Below are positions 1 to 9,564 of a stretch of DNA of 64,000 nt, one piece after another (position 1 is the first letter of the stretch; each line of letters opens with the position of its first letter). This DNA is from Chloroflexota bacterium (lineage in GTDB: Bacteria; Chloroflexota; Dormibacteria; DASZGP01): NCBI GenBank assembly GCA_034666405.1, contig JAXDLW010000040.1, positions 6,285 through 70,284 of the forward strand. Direction: 5' to 3'. Under the pieces are notes generated by a model. That model was not told the DNA's origin. It saw only the letters and a program-made list of their open reading frames with translations, and searched no databases. A program made the translations under genes and the position numbers.

Positions 1-883
<883 letters not shown>

Positions 884-889
884 CCTGAT

Positions 890-2071
890 TTGAGCTCACG
901 CCTCCGTACCCTCGACGACGTGGGCGTCGCGGGTAAGCGCGTGCTGCTGCGAGTCGACTTCAACGTCCCCATGTCCGGCGGCGAGATCGTCGACGACGCC
1001 CGGATCCGTGAGAGCCTCCCGACCTTCCGGCGCCTGCTGGAGTCGGGCGCGGCGGTGGTCGTGGTGACGCACATGGGCCGGCCGGGCGGGAAGGTGGTGG
1101 AGGAACTGCGGGTCGCGCCGCTGGCCCGGCGGCTGCAGGAGATGCTCGGCACCGACGTCGGCGTGGCCCCGGCGGTGGTGGGCGACGACGTTGCCGCCCA
1201 GGTCAGGGCGATGACCGCGGGGCAGGTGCTGATACTGGAGAACGTGCGCTTCGAGCCGGGGGAGGAGAAGAACGACCCGGGCTTCGCCCGCCGGCTTGCG
1301 GACCTTGCCGACGTCTACGTCAACGACGCCTTCGGCGCCGCGCATCGCGCCCACGCCTCCACCGAGGGCGTCGCCCACCTGCTGCCTTCGTGCGCGGGGC
1401 TCCTCATGCAGCGCGAGGTCGAGGTGCTGGGTGGGGTTCTGACCTCGCCCAGGGAGCCATTGGTGGCGATCGTGGGCGGGGCCAAGATCTCCAGCAAGAT
1501 CGGGGTCATGGAGCACCTCCTGCCGCGCGTCGAGAAGATGCTGGTGGGTGGGGCCATGGCCTGCACCCTGCTCAAGGCGCGGGGCGCCCGGGTCGGCGCC
1601 AGCAAGGTCGAGGAGGACCAGCTGGAGACGGGGAGGCGGCTGCTGGCCGAGGCCGGCGACCGGATCGTGCTGCCGGTCGACGCGGTGGTCGCGGACGGCT
1701 TCAGTGAGGATGCCGCGCGCCAGGTTGTCGACTCCGCCGCCATCCCGGATGGATGGATGATGCTGGATGTCGGTCCGGCCACTGTGGAGCAGTTCAGCCA
1801 GGCCATCGCCGGCGCGGGCACCGTTGTCTGGAACGGGCCGCTGGGGGTTTACGAGATGGCCCCGTTCCGGGCCGGCACGGAGGGCGTGGCGAGGGCGATC
1901 GCGGCCGGCAACGCGATCAGCGTTGTGGGTGGCGGTGACCTCGGAGCGGCATTGTCGGAGCTGGGCCTGGAGGGCTCGATCACCCATGTGTCGACCGGGG
2001 GAGGGGCGACGCTGGAGTTCCTGGAGGGGCGCGAGCTCCCCGGGATCAGGGCATTGGAGGAAGCAGGATGA
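890..2071 (+). CDS. pgk: phosphoglycerate kinase
   Basis: 393 aa. N-terminal GKRVLLRVDFNVP and C-terminal STGGGA(T)LE PGK motifs. TTG start 7 nt after the gap stop. Confidence 0.93.
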   Translation: MSSRLRTLDDVGVAGKRVLLRVDFNVPMSGGEIVDDARIRESLPTFRRLLESGAAVVVVTHMGRPGGKVVEELRVAPLARRLQEMLGTDVGVAPAVVGDDVAAQVRAMTAGQVLILENVRFEPGEEKNDPGFARRLADLADVYVNDAFGAAHRAHASTEGVAHLLPSCAGLLMQREVEVLGGVLTSPREPLVAIVGGAKISSKIGVMEHLLPRVEKMLVGGAMACTLLKARGARVGASKVEEDQLETGRRLLAEAGDRIVLPVDAVVADGFSEDAARQVVDSAAIPDGWMMLDVGPATVEQFSQAIAGAGTVVWNGPLGVYEMAPFRAGTEGVARAIAAGNAISVVGGGDLGAALSELGLEGSITHVSTGGGATLEFLEGRELPGIRALEEAG

Positions 2072-2838
2072 GCAGGATTCCGCTGGTCGCGGGCAACTGG
2101 AAGATGAACACGACGGTGCCGGAATCGCTGGAGCTGGCGGCCGAGATCCAGCGCGGCCTGCCGCGGCTGGACAGTGTCGAGGTCGCGGTGCTGCCACCGT
2201 TCACCAGCCTCTGGCCGGTCGCCCGGTCCGGCATTGCCGACGACGGCGTGGTCTTCGGGGCCCAGGACATCTACTGGGAGGAGAAGGGGGCCTTCACCGG
2301 CGAGATCTCCCCGGTGATGGTGGCCGGCTGGTGTCGGTACGCCCTCGTCGGCCATTCCGAGCGCCGCCAGCTGTTTGGCGAGACCGACGAGTCGGTCAAC
2401 CGCAAGGTCCACGCGGCCATCGCCCACGGTCTGCGACCGATCATCGCGGTGGGGGAGACCCTGGAGGAGAACGAGTCCGGTCAGACCGAGGCGGTCCTCG
2501 GACGCCAGGTACCCGCGGCGCTTCGCGGTGTTGACGAGCAGCAGGGCCTCGAGGTCGTCCTGGCGTACGAGCCCATCTGGGCGATAGGCACGGGCCGGAC
2601 GGCGACGCCCGACCACGCTCAGCAGAGCTGCGCGCTGATCCGCCGGCTGGTGGCCGAAGCCCTTGGGCCGGTCGTGGCCGAGTCCGTGCGGGTGCTGTAC
2701 GGCGGCTCGGTCAACGCGGCCAACTCGGCCGAATTGATGGCCCAGCCGGACATCGACGGCGCGCTCGTCGGGGGCGCCAGCCTGGTCGCCGCCGACTTCC
2801 TCCAGATCATCGACGCGGCGGCACCAACGCCCGCCTAG
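2068..2838 (+). CDS. tpiA: triosephosphate isomerase
   Basis: 256 aa. AGNWKMN, AYEPIWAIGTG and YGGSV motifs. ATGA overlap with the pgk stop. Confidence 0.93.
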   Translation: MSRIPLVAGNWKMNTTVPESLELAAEIQRGLPRLDSVEVAVLPPFTSLWPVARSGIADDGVVFGAQDIYWEEKGAFTGEISPVMVAGWCRYALVGHSERRQLFGETDESVNRKVHAAIAHGLRPIIAVGETLEENESGQTEAVLGRQVPAALRGVDEQQGLEVVLAYEPIWAIGTGRTATPDHAQQSCALIRRLVAEALGPVVAESVRVLYGGSVNAANSAELMAQPDIDGALVGGASLVAADFLQIIDAAAPTPA

Positions 2839-2847
2839 CGGGTAGCC

Positions 2848-3318
2848 ATGGCGTACGGCAACTCAACCCCGCCGGAGGGCGCGCCGGTGCCCCAGCAGGA
2901 GTTGATCGGCGCGGCGCTCTTCCTCGGGCTGGTGTCGGTGGTCTCGATCTCGCGGCATGGCGCGTACCTGATGGGGTTCATCTTCGGCCGGTTCACGCTC
3001 GACGCGCCGCAGCTGCTCCTGTTCACGGTGAACATCGGCGGCTTTGCGGCATCGCTCTGGCTGCTCGCGCTGCGCCGCTGGGCCTGGCAGGCGGCGGTGG
3101 CCTACGCCGTGGTCGAGATCTGTCTCCGCGCCTATGCCATGTTCGCGTACCTGGCGCCGGCGCTCGGGGTGCGGGTGTCCGGCAGCGTTGACCCACTCGG
3201 CGCGGTCGGCGAGTTCCTCCTGCTCTTCGTCTTCCTGGTCGTACTGGCTTACCTGGTGAGCGACGACACCCGGTCAAGGCTGCGTGAACGTGAGGTGTAC
3301 CGGGCCGGCCAGGCCTGA
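2848..3318 (+). CDS. hypothetical integral membrane protein (about 4 predicted TM helices)
   Basis: 156-aa ORF with strongly hydrophobic segments. ATG 10 nt after the tpiA stop. No recognisable family motif. Confidence 0.5.
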   Translation: MAYGNSTPPEGAPVPQQELIGAALFLGLVSVVSISRHGAYLMGFIFGRFTLDAPQLLLFTVNIGGFAASLWLLALRRWAWQAAVAYAVVEICLRAYAMFAYLAPALGVRVSGSVDPLGAVGEFLLLFVFLVVLAYLVSDDTRSRLREREVYRAGQA

Positions 3319-3325
3319 CGGCCCC

Positions 3326-4363
3326 TCACTCGGCCGCCGCCCAGTCGGCGTCCATCCGCGCACCCACCGCTCCGGCCAGCACTCCGTCAACCAGGACGAT
3401 GTCCAGCTCGTGGTTGTGGCGGAACCCCGACGCGGTCCAGTTGGCCGAGCCCAGGACGAGGTGTTCACCGTCCACCACCGCCACCTTGGCGTGGAGGTTC
3501 TCGCCAGACGTCCTGTAGAAGCGGCAGCGGATCCCGGCAACCCGCAGCCGGGCCATGGCGACCTGGTTGAGGTCCTGGCCGGGGTCGAACAGGATGCGCA
3601 CGCCGACGCCCCGGCGCGCCGCCGCCTCGAGCGCGGACATGGTGGCGCCATCGGTCATCACGAACATCTCGATCTCGATCGATCGGCGCGCGGCCTGGAT
3701 CGTCGCGACCACGGCGCGGCCGATGTCGTCGCCGGGGTAACTGGTCAGCAGATGCGGCTCGTCGGGGCGCGGGGTGGCGGCGGCGACCCCCGCGGCAGGC
3801 CGCCCGGTCCTCTGGAGGTCAAGCCCGAACACGGCTTCGAGGCGATCCACCCCGGGCCCGGTCAGCATCACCTCGTAGTCACGGTTGAGGTACGAGTGCG
3901 CGCCCCAGTTGTACCCGCCAAAGAAGGCACGCGCGCCATCGACCACCAACAGCTTGACGTGGTCGATCTGGCGGGGAACATCGGGAAAGAACCCCATGAC
4001 GGCGCCCGCCGCCTCCAGCCGGTGGGCGGTCGGGACGGTCACCGAGACCGTCGGGTCGGCAACCAGGCGAACCCGCACGCCGCGAGCCAGGGCCGCGCGC
4101 ATCGCGGCGAACAGGTCCGGCCGGTCGAACTCGTAGATCTCGGCGTCGACTGATGCCCGGGCCGACTGGACGGCGGCGACCAGCGCGGCGGTGGCCGCGG
4201 CGCCGTCGGTGAAAACCTCGACCTGGTCGGGGCCGATCCGGGACGTCGCGGTAGTCGGGACCGACGCGACCGCCCCGGGACCCGCCCGCGCGGACGGGGG
4301 CGCCATCGAACAGGCCGAAAAAAGCGCCGCCGTGATCCCCAGCGCCGCCGATCTCCGCCCCAT
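3326..4363 (-). CDS. phospholipase D / cardiolipin-synthase-like protein with two HKD motifs, probable lipoprotein
   Basis: 345 aa. Two HxK(x4)D motifs (HVKLLVVDG..GGYNW and HAKVAVVDG..GSANWT). N-terminus MGRRSAALGITAALFSAC resembles a lipoprotein signal with lipobox Cys. Confidence 0.8.
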   Translation of the reverse strand: MGRRSAALGITAALFSACSMAPPSARAGPGAVASVPTTATSRIGPDQVEVFTDGAAATAALVAAVQSARASVDAEIYEFDRPDLFAAMRAALARGVRVRLVADPTVSVTVPTAHRLEAAGAVMGFFPDVPRQIDHVKLLVVDGARAFFGGYNWGAHSYLNRDYEVMLTGPGVDRLEAVFGLDLQRTGRPAAGVAAATPRPDEPHLLTSYPGDDIGRAVVATIQAARRSIEIEMFVMTDGATMSALEAAARRGVGVRILFDPGQDLNQVAMARLRVAGIRCRFYRTSGENLHAKVAVVDGEHLVLGSANWTASGFRHNHELDIVLVDGVLAGAVGARMDADWAAAE

Positions 4364-4425
4364 ATATCACATACTAGCAGTATTGCGAACGCCTAAGATC
4401 GGCGGCATTCTGGTAACCTGCGGGG

Positions 4426-4677
4426 GTGAAAAACTTCCCCCTGCATACCGTCCTGCAAGTGCTGCAGGCCCTGACTGCGGGGTTCCTGATCCTCGGCGTG
4501 TTGCTCCAGACCCCACGCACCAGCAGCGGGCTTGGCGGCACGATCGGCGGTGGCGGAAGTGACGGCGGTGGCGGCTACCGGACACGGCGCGGGATCGAGA
4601 AAACCCTCTTCCAGATAACCGTCGGCCTGACGGTCATGTTCGTCATCCTCTCGGTCGCCAACATCAAGGTGACATGA
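4426..4677 (+). CDS. secG: preprotein translocase subunit SecG
   Basis: 83 aa with two TM segments flanking a Gly-rich loop (GLGGTIGGGGSDGGGG), the typical SecG architecture. It sits where secG is expected downstream of gap-pgk-tpi. Confidence 0.8.
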   Translation: MKNFPLHTVLQVLQALTAGFLILGVLLQTPRTSSGLGGTIGGGGSDGGGGYRTRRGIEKTLFQITVGLTVMFVILSVANIKVT

Positions 4678-6290
4678 CCCCCCGGCGGCAGCGCCGGGCT
4701 GGGTTGCCCGCGCTGGCCGTGCTGGCGGCGGTCCTGGTCGCAGCCCTCGGAGTGGGGCTTGGGCTCGTGGCCCTGGGCGGCCTGGGCAGGGAGGTCCCCC
4801 TCAGTGGGGGGCATGTGCGTGAGGCACTGGTCGTGGACGGCCCTCTCACGCTGGTGCCGGCGTTCGCCGAGACCCCCAATTCGCGCGACGTCTCGGGGCT
4901 GCTGTACCGCGGCCTGACCCGGTCCGGCGCGGACGGCAAGCCGGTGGGGGAGCTGGCGAAGGACTGGACGGTGGATGCCGGCGCCAAGACGTTCACCTTC
5001 CACCTGCGCAAGGGCCTGCGCTGGTCCGACGGGGCGCCCCTGACCTCGAGCGATGTGCTCTACACCATGTCGGTCCTGCAGAGCGATGCCGACGCCAAGT
5101 CGGCCACCGGCCAGGCGTGGGCCGGGATCAGCGCAACCGCACCGGATGGGGTGACCATCGTGTACTCGCTGCCGCAGTCGAGCGCCGCGTTCCTGGCCCT
5201 GACCAGCATCGGGATCCTGCCCGAGCACTCGCTCAAGCCGCGGGCGGTCAAGACCCTCCGGCAGGTGACCGACGCGCCCACGTCCGGCCCGTTCGTGGTG
5301 GCGCACGCGTTCAAGGACCACATCGACCTCGCCCGCAACAACCATGCCTTCGAGAAGCCCTACCTGGACACCATGGAGCTCCGGCTCTACGACTCGCGCG
5401 ACCGCGCGGTCCAGGCGCTGGTCGACGGCGAGGTCGACGTCTTCGGGGCAATGACCGCCGCAGAGGCCAAGCGCGTCGCGCAGTCGATGAACCGGCGGGT
5501 GGTCGCCGGCAGCACATTTGCCTACGCCGAACTTCTCTTCAACCAGAAGAACGCGCTGCTGGCGGACGACCACGTCCGCAAAGCGCTGGGCCTGGCGGTC
5601 GACCGCAAGACGCTGGTCGACCACGTCCTGGCCGGGTACGCGCGCACCGATGAATCGCCCGTCCCGCCGGCGATAAGCTGGGCGGCGCTGAGCACGAAGA
5701 CGCCGGCGCTCGACCTCAACGCCGCCGGGCGCGAGCTGGACGCCGCGGGCTGGAAGAAGCAGGGCCAGTACCGCGTCCAGGACGGCAAGCGCCTGACCCT
5801 TCGGCTGGCCACGGCCGATGCCGACCCCTACACCTCGGTCGCCGCCGCGATTCGCAGCGACCTGGCCCGGTTGGGGATAACCACGACGACTCAATCGCGC
5901 TCGCCAGAGGCCCTCCTGAACCTCCTGGAGAGCCGCCAGTTCGACATGGCCCTGACCGCCGTGGACAATGGCCCCGACCCCGACATGTACGTCTTCTGGC
6001 ACTCGAGCCAGGCCGGCCCTGGCGGCTTCAACTTCTCCGGGATGCCCAAGAACGACGACCTGGACAAGGAGCTCGAGACCGGCCGGTCGACCCCGGACTA
6101 TGCCGCCCGGCGCAAGGCCTACCTCGATGCCCAGAAGGCCATCCTGGCCGACAATGCGGGGCTCTTCCTCTACACGCCGCAGTCCCTGGTAGGCGCGCGG
6201 GACGCGGTGAAGGGCATCAGCCTGCCGGCCGGCGGCGCACGCTATGACCTGGTCCAGGGCTGGTATGTGAACACCCGCCACAAGCTCTAG
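4674..6290 (+). CDS. ABC transporter substrate-binding protein, family 5 (peptide/nickel type), secreted
   Basis: 538 aa. N-terminal signal/TM (LAVLAAVLVAALGVGLGLVALGG). Overall similarity to SBP_bac_5 proteins (LYRGL, RWSDG, VFW... blocks). ATGA overlap with secG. Confidence 0.75.
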   Translation: MTPRRQRRAGLPALAVLAAVLVAALGVGLGLVALGGLGREVPLSGGHVREALVVDGPLTLVPAFAETPNSRDVSGLLYRGLTRSGADGKPVGELAKDWTVDAGAKTFTFHLRKGLRWSDGAPLTSSDVLYTMSVLQSDADAKSATGQAWAGISATAPDGVTIVYSLPQSSAAFLALTSIGILPEHSLKPRAVKTLRQVTDAPTSGPFVVAHAFKDHIDLARNNHAFEKPYLDTMELRLYDSRDRAVQALVDGEVDVFGAMTAAEAKRVAQSMNRRVVAGSTFAYAELLFNQKNALLADDHVRKALGLAVDRKTLVDHVLAGYARTDESPVPPAISWAALSTKTPALDLNAAGRELDAAGWKKQGQYRVQDGKRLTLRLATADADPYTSVAAAIRSDLARLGITTTTQSRSPEALLNLLESRQFDMALTAVDNGPDPDMYVFWHSSQAGPGGFNFSGMPKNDDLDKELETGRSTPDYAARRKAYLDAQKAILADNAGLFLYTPQSLVGARDAVKGISLPAGGARYDLVQGWYVNTRHKL

Positions 6291-6327
6291 CCGGGGGCCT
6301 TCCTCCCGGTATCATCTGTGTCTACGT

Positions 6328-6414
6328 GCCGCCCTGGTGGAACTGGTAGACACGCAACGTTCAGGGCGTTGTGAGCTTATGCTCGTGGAGGTTCGAGTCC
6401 TCTGGGCGGCACCA
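6328..6414 (+). tRNA. tRNA-Leu (anticodon CAG)
   Basis: Cloverleaf readable in sequence: acceptor GCCGCCC...GGGCGGC, anticodon loop UUCAGGG (anticodon CAG), long variable arm (UGAGCUUAUGCUCGU) typical of class II tRNA, T-loop GGUUCGAGUCC, encoded CCA. Confidence 0.85.
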
Positions 6415-6807
6415 CTTTTGGCTCCCCCTTTGCCTCTGAATGGCGGGGTCCTGTCACCGCCGCGTGAATGCCCGGGCTTGACGGCCTGAGGGCTTCGTCC
6501 TCGTCAACCCCGGCAACGTGGTTGGTAACCGTTGGCGCTACTGGTCTCCTGCGGATGCCGCCCGGGCATTCCCCCGGCGGCGCCACCCCTCGTCGCACTG
6601 CACCGTGGACGTCATTGGCGCGGCCCAGAGCGACAGCGACTTGCTTGGGTTCGCCTGTAGGGCGTTGTCTCGGCTGACGGCCTGCCACTCCGATGACATC
6701 ACTCTCGCGTGCCCCAGGACAACCTCATCTGAGACGATGGGATGGTGGCGCGCGACGAGCCGGCTCACCGTTCGGCCTGAGATGGAATCACCCGTTTCGG
6801 CGTCAGG

Positions 6808-7839
6808 TTGCACCCCTTCATGAAGCGCATCGGGTTCTTGTCGTTCGGCCATTGGACGCCTTCGCCGCAGTCCATGGCCCGCTCGGCCTCGGATGCCCTG
6901 CTGCAGTCAATCGACCTCGCGGTTGCCGCCGAGGAGTTGGGTGCGGACGGGGCCTATTTTCGCGTGCACCATTTTGCCAACCAGCTCTCCTCGCCGTTCC
7001 CCCTGCTCGCCGCTGTCGCGGCCAGGACAAGCAGGATCGAGATCGGCACCGGGGTGATCGACATGCGCTACGAGAACCCGCTCTACATGGCTGAGGACGC
7101 CGGTTCCACTGACATCATCTCGGGCGGCCGCCTGCAACTCGGCATAAGCCGAGGGTCACCGGAGCAGGTCATCGACGGATACCGCTACTTCGGCTACGTC
7201 CCGGCCGAAGGCTCCGACCACGCCGACATGGCTCGGGAGCACACGAGGGTATTTCTCGAGATCCTGAATGGCGAAGGCTTCGCCGAACCAAACCCCCGGC
7301 CCATGTTCGCCAACCCACCCGGGCTGCTCCGGCTCGAGCCGCACTCCCCCGGTCTACGCGATCGCATCTGGTGGGGTGCGGGCACCCGCAAGACCGCCGA
7401 GTGGACGGCCGAGCAGGGGATGAATTTGATGAGCTCGACTCTTCTCACTGAGGACACCGGTGTGCCGTTTCACCAGCTGCAGGCCGAGCAGATCGACCTG
7501 TTCCGCAAGGCCTGGGCTGCGGCCGGCCATGCGCGCGAGCCTCGCGTTTCAGTTAGCCGCAGCATTTTTCCCATCGTCAACGACCTCGACCGCGCCTACT
7601 TTGGGCGCGAGGGCAACTCGCAGGACCAGGTCGGGTTCCTCGATGGGGGCAAGGCACGGTTTGGCAAGACGTACGCCGGGGAGCCCGAACAGCTCATCCA
7701 GCAATTGGCCGAGGACGAGGCGCTCGCCGCCGCGGACACGGTGCTGCTGACGATCCCCAACCAACTCGGCGTCGACTACTGCGCGCACGTCCTCGATACC
7801 CTGCTGAGAGAAATCGCACCGGAGCTTGGCTGGCGCTAA
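6808..7839 (+). CDS. luciferase-like monooxygenase (LLM) family flavin- or F420-dependent oxidoreductase
   Basis: 343 aa. N-terminal IGFLSFGHW... and TIM-barrel LLM-type sequence. Cofactor (FMN or F420) cannot be assigned from sequence alone. Confidence 0.7.
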   Translation: MHPFMKRIGFLSFGHWTPSPQSMARSASDALLQSIDLAVAAEELGADGAYFRVHHFANQLSSPFPLLAAVAARTSRIEIGTGVIDMRYENPLYMAEDAGSTDIISGGRLQLGISRGSPEQVIDGYRYFGYVPAEGSDHADMAREHTRVFLEILNGEGFAEPNPRPMFANPPGLLRLEPHSPGLRDRIWWGAGTRKTAEWTAEQGMNLMSSTLLTEDTGVPFHQLQAEQIDLFRKAWAAAGHAREPRVSVSRSIFPIVNDLDRAYFGREGNSQDQVGFLDGGKARFGKTYAGEPEQLIQQLAEDEALAAADTVLLTIPNQLGVDYCAHVLDTLLREIAPELGWR

Positions 7840-7881
7840 AGCGCGCGTATCGCGGCGTCCCAACTCCAACACCACCAGTGT

Positions 7882-8403
7882 TCAAGGTGCGGCCAGCCTG
7901 ATCACCAGGTCTGTCAGTCCACGGACATCGTCATGCCGCGCCGCCCATGCCGCCCACACCGATCGGGCCCATCTCCCAACAGTGTCGGCGTGCCCTTGCA
8001 CAGAGCCGGCTCGACGGCCGGCGATGGCCACATCCTCGACCGTCAGCCATCCCGCGCCTGGCGGAGGGTCGAAGCGCGGCCAGCCTGGGGCAGGCTTTCC
8101 CATCCGCTGGTGCAGATCTCGGACCTGGACACCGGTGAACCCGCGCTCCAGGGCCAGCAGCAGGCCAACCAGCGAGTAGGCCACCCGGATCCCGGATCCC
8201 TGCCCGCCCGCGTGCTGGGCTCCATAAGCATCGACCGTGAGCTGGTGTAGACGGCCCAGTTGGACCTGGTTTTCAAGCTCGAATCCGGCCACCTCCGCAT
8301 TCACCAGGATGCATTCGCGTGACGCGTTGGACCGCCTGTCATAGGGGAGCCCGATCGATGCCAATGCGAGTCCACAGCCGGGACAAGTCGACATCGCTGT
8401 CAT
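7882..8403 (-). CDS. hypothetical protein with N-terminal CPGC motif (DUF5946-like)
   Basis: 173-aa ORF, convergent with the LLM gene. N-terminal MSTCPGCGL. Family assignment is from memory only. Confidence 0.45.
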   Translation of the reverse strand: MTAMSTCPGCGLALASIGLPYDRRSNASRECILVNAEVAGFELENQVQLGRLHQLTVDAYGAQHAGGQGSGIRVAYSLVGLLLALERGFTGVQVRDLHQRMGKPAPGWPRFDPPPGAGWLTVEDVAIAGRRAGSVQGHADTVGRWARSVWAAWAARHDDVRGLTDLVIRLAAP

Positions 8404-8471
8404 CGCAACATCATCCTGCTCCCCCGGCCCGGGAGGGCGAGATACTTGCTTGCGTGGAACAGCGCGTCAGC

Positions 8472-8846
8472 ATGGTGACCCTGGGTGTGGAGGATCTCGC
8501 GCGAGCGCGGTCGTTCTACGCGGCACTTGGGTGGAGCGGCGCCCAGCAGCCCGACAACGAGGTCCTGTTCTTCCAGGCCGGGGGCATGGTCTTCGGGCTT
8601 TGGACGGCGCTCGGCGGCCACGGTGCCCCGGGGATCGAGCTGGCGCACAACGTCCGTTCGCCCGAGGAGGTCGACGCCGTGCTTGCCGAGGCTGAGCGGG
8701 CGGGTGCGACGATCGTCCGGCCGGCGGCACGGGCCGAGTGGGGCGGCTACACGGGCGCCTTCGCCGATCCTGACGGTTACGTGTGGGAGGTCGCGCACAA
8801 CCCCGGGTGGACCCTGGCCGAGGACGGCTCGGTGCGCATCGCTTAG
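8472..8846 (+). CDS. VOC (glyoxalase/bleomycin-resistance/dioxygenase) family protein
   Basis: ATG at 8472 gives about 124 aa (MVTLGVEDLARARSFYAALGW...). The longer track ORF from 8319 overlaps the converging gene and is probably not the true start. Confidence 0.75.
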   Translation: MVTLGVEDLARARSFYAALGWSGAQQPDNEVLFFQAGGMVFGLWTALGGHGAPGIELAHNVRSPEEVDAVLAEAERAGATIVRPAARAEWGGYTGAFADPDGYVWEVAHNPGWTLAEDGSVRIA

Positions 8847-8920
8847 GCTCTGCGATGCTCGATCAAAGACTCACGTCGGCCTGGCCTGGGCCTCAGGCAA
8901 CCGCGTAGGGAATCCAAAAA

Positions 8921-9322
8921 ATGGCGAATGACGAGACGAATCCTTCCAAGCTCATCGACAAGCGGATCAAGGAGCTGGGCGACTGGCGCGGCGAGGCGCT
9001 CGGCAAAGTTCGAGGGATCATCAAGGCTGCGGACCCGGATGTCGTCGAGGAGTGGAAGTGGGTGAAACCCACGAACCCCGGCGTACCGGTCTGGTCTCAC
9101 GACGGGGATATCTGCACGGGTGAGTCGTACGCCAAGGTCATCAAGCTGACGTTCTTCAAGGGCGCGTCCCTGAAGGACCCGGCAGGCCTGTTCAACTCCA
9201 GCCTGGATGGGAAGGTCCGCCGGGCCATCGACATCAAGGAGAGTGACAAGCTCGACGAAGGTGCCCTCAAAGACCTGATTCGCGACGCGGTGGCGCTGAA
9301 CCGAAAGGGCAAATCGGTTTGA
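8921..9322 (+). CDS. DUF1801 (YdhG-like) domain protein
   Basis: 133 aa. Conserved W..E.L..VR.II....P.V.E..KW block typical of DUF1801. Locally lower GC than its neighbours. Confidence 0.65.
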   Translation: MANDETNPSKLIDKRIKELGDWRGEALGKVRGIIKAADPDVVEEWKWVKPTNPGVPVWSHDGDICTGESYAKVIKLTFFKGASLKDPAGLFNSSLDGKVRRAIDIKESDKLDEGALKDLIRDAVALNRKGKSV

Positions 9323-9398
9323 CAGCGATGGCCCTGACGGCTTACCCTTGGGTTCTTCTCGACGCCGTCGAGAGCATCTGCCTGAGGAAGAAATTTTG

Positions 9399-9482
9399 AT
9401 GTTGGTGATCCGTATCGCGCCTCTCATCCCGTCTCTGACGGGACGGGTGCGCCTGTTGGACGCCACACTTTTGACCGGCTAG
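9399..9482 (+). CDS. 27-aa upstream ORF (MLVIRIAPLIPSLTGRVRLLDATLLTG), candidate leader peptide
   Basis: ATG 6 nt after a GAGGAAG Shine-Dalgarno-like sequence. Ends 22 nt before a hairpin plus U-tract. Too short for the ORF track, read directly from the sequence. Confidence 0.25.
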   Translation: MLVIRIAPLIPSLTGRVRLLDATLLTG

Positions 9483-9503
9483 TCGAGACCGACCGCCGCC
9501 TCA

Positions 9504-9536
9504 AACCGTGTGGCCCCGGCCCACGGTTTTTTTGTT
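9504..9536 (+). terminator. rho-independent terminator-like hairpin (CCGUGUGGCC-CCG-GCCCACGG) followed by UUUUUUUGUU
   Basis: GC-rich, near-perfect stem followed by a 7-U run on the + strand, 29 nt upstream of the ABC ATPase start codon. Confidence 0.55.
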
Positions 9537-9564
9537 GCTCGCAACGAGATTTTGAGGAGTTGAA

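Noticed and set aside
3284-4153. 289-aa plus-strand ORF overlapping the PLD-like gene
   Set aside because: It is entirely antisense to a gene that has two intact HKD motifs and a lipoprotein signal. It has no SD or motif support.
8319-8471. Upstream extension of the VOC-family ORF
   Set aside because: It overlaps the converging CxxC-protein gene. The VOC-domain homology starts at the ATG at 8472.
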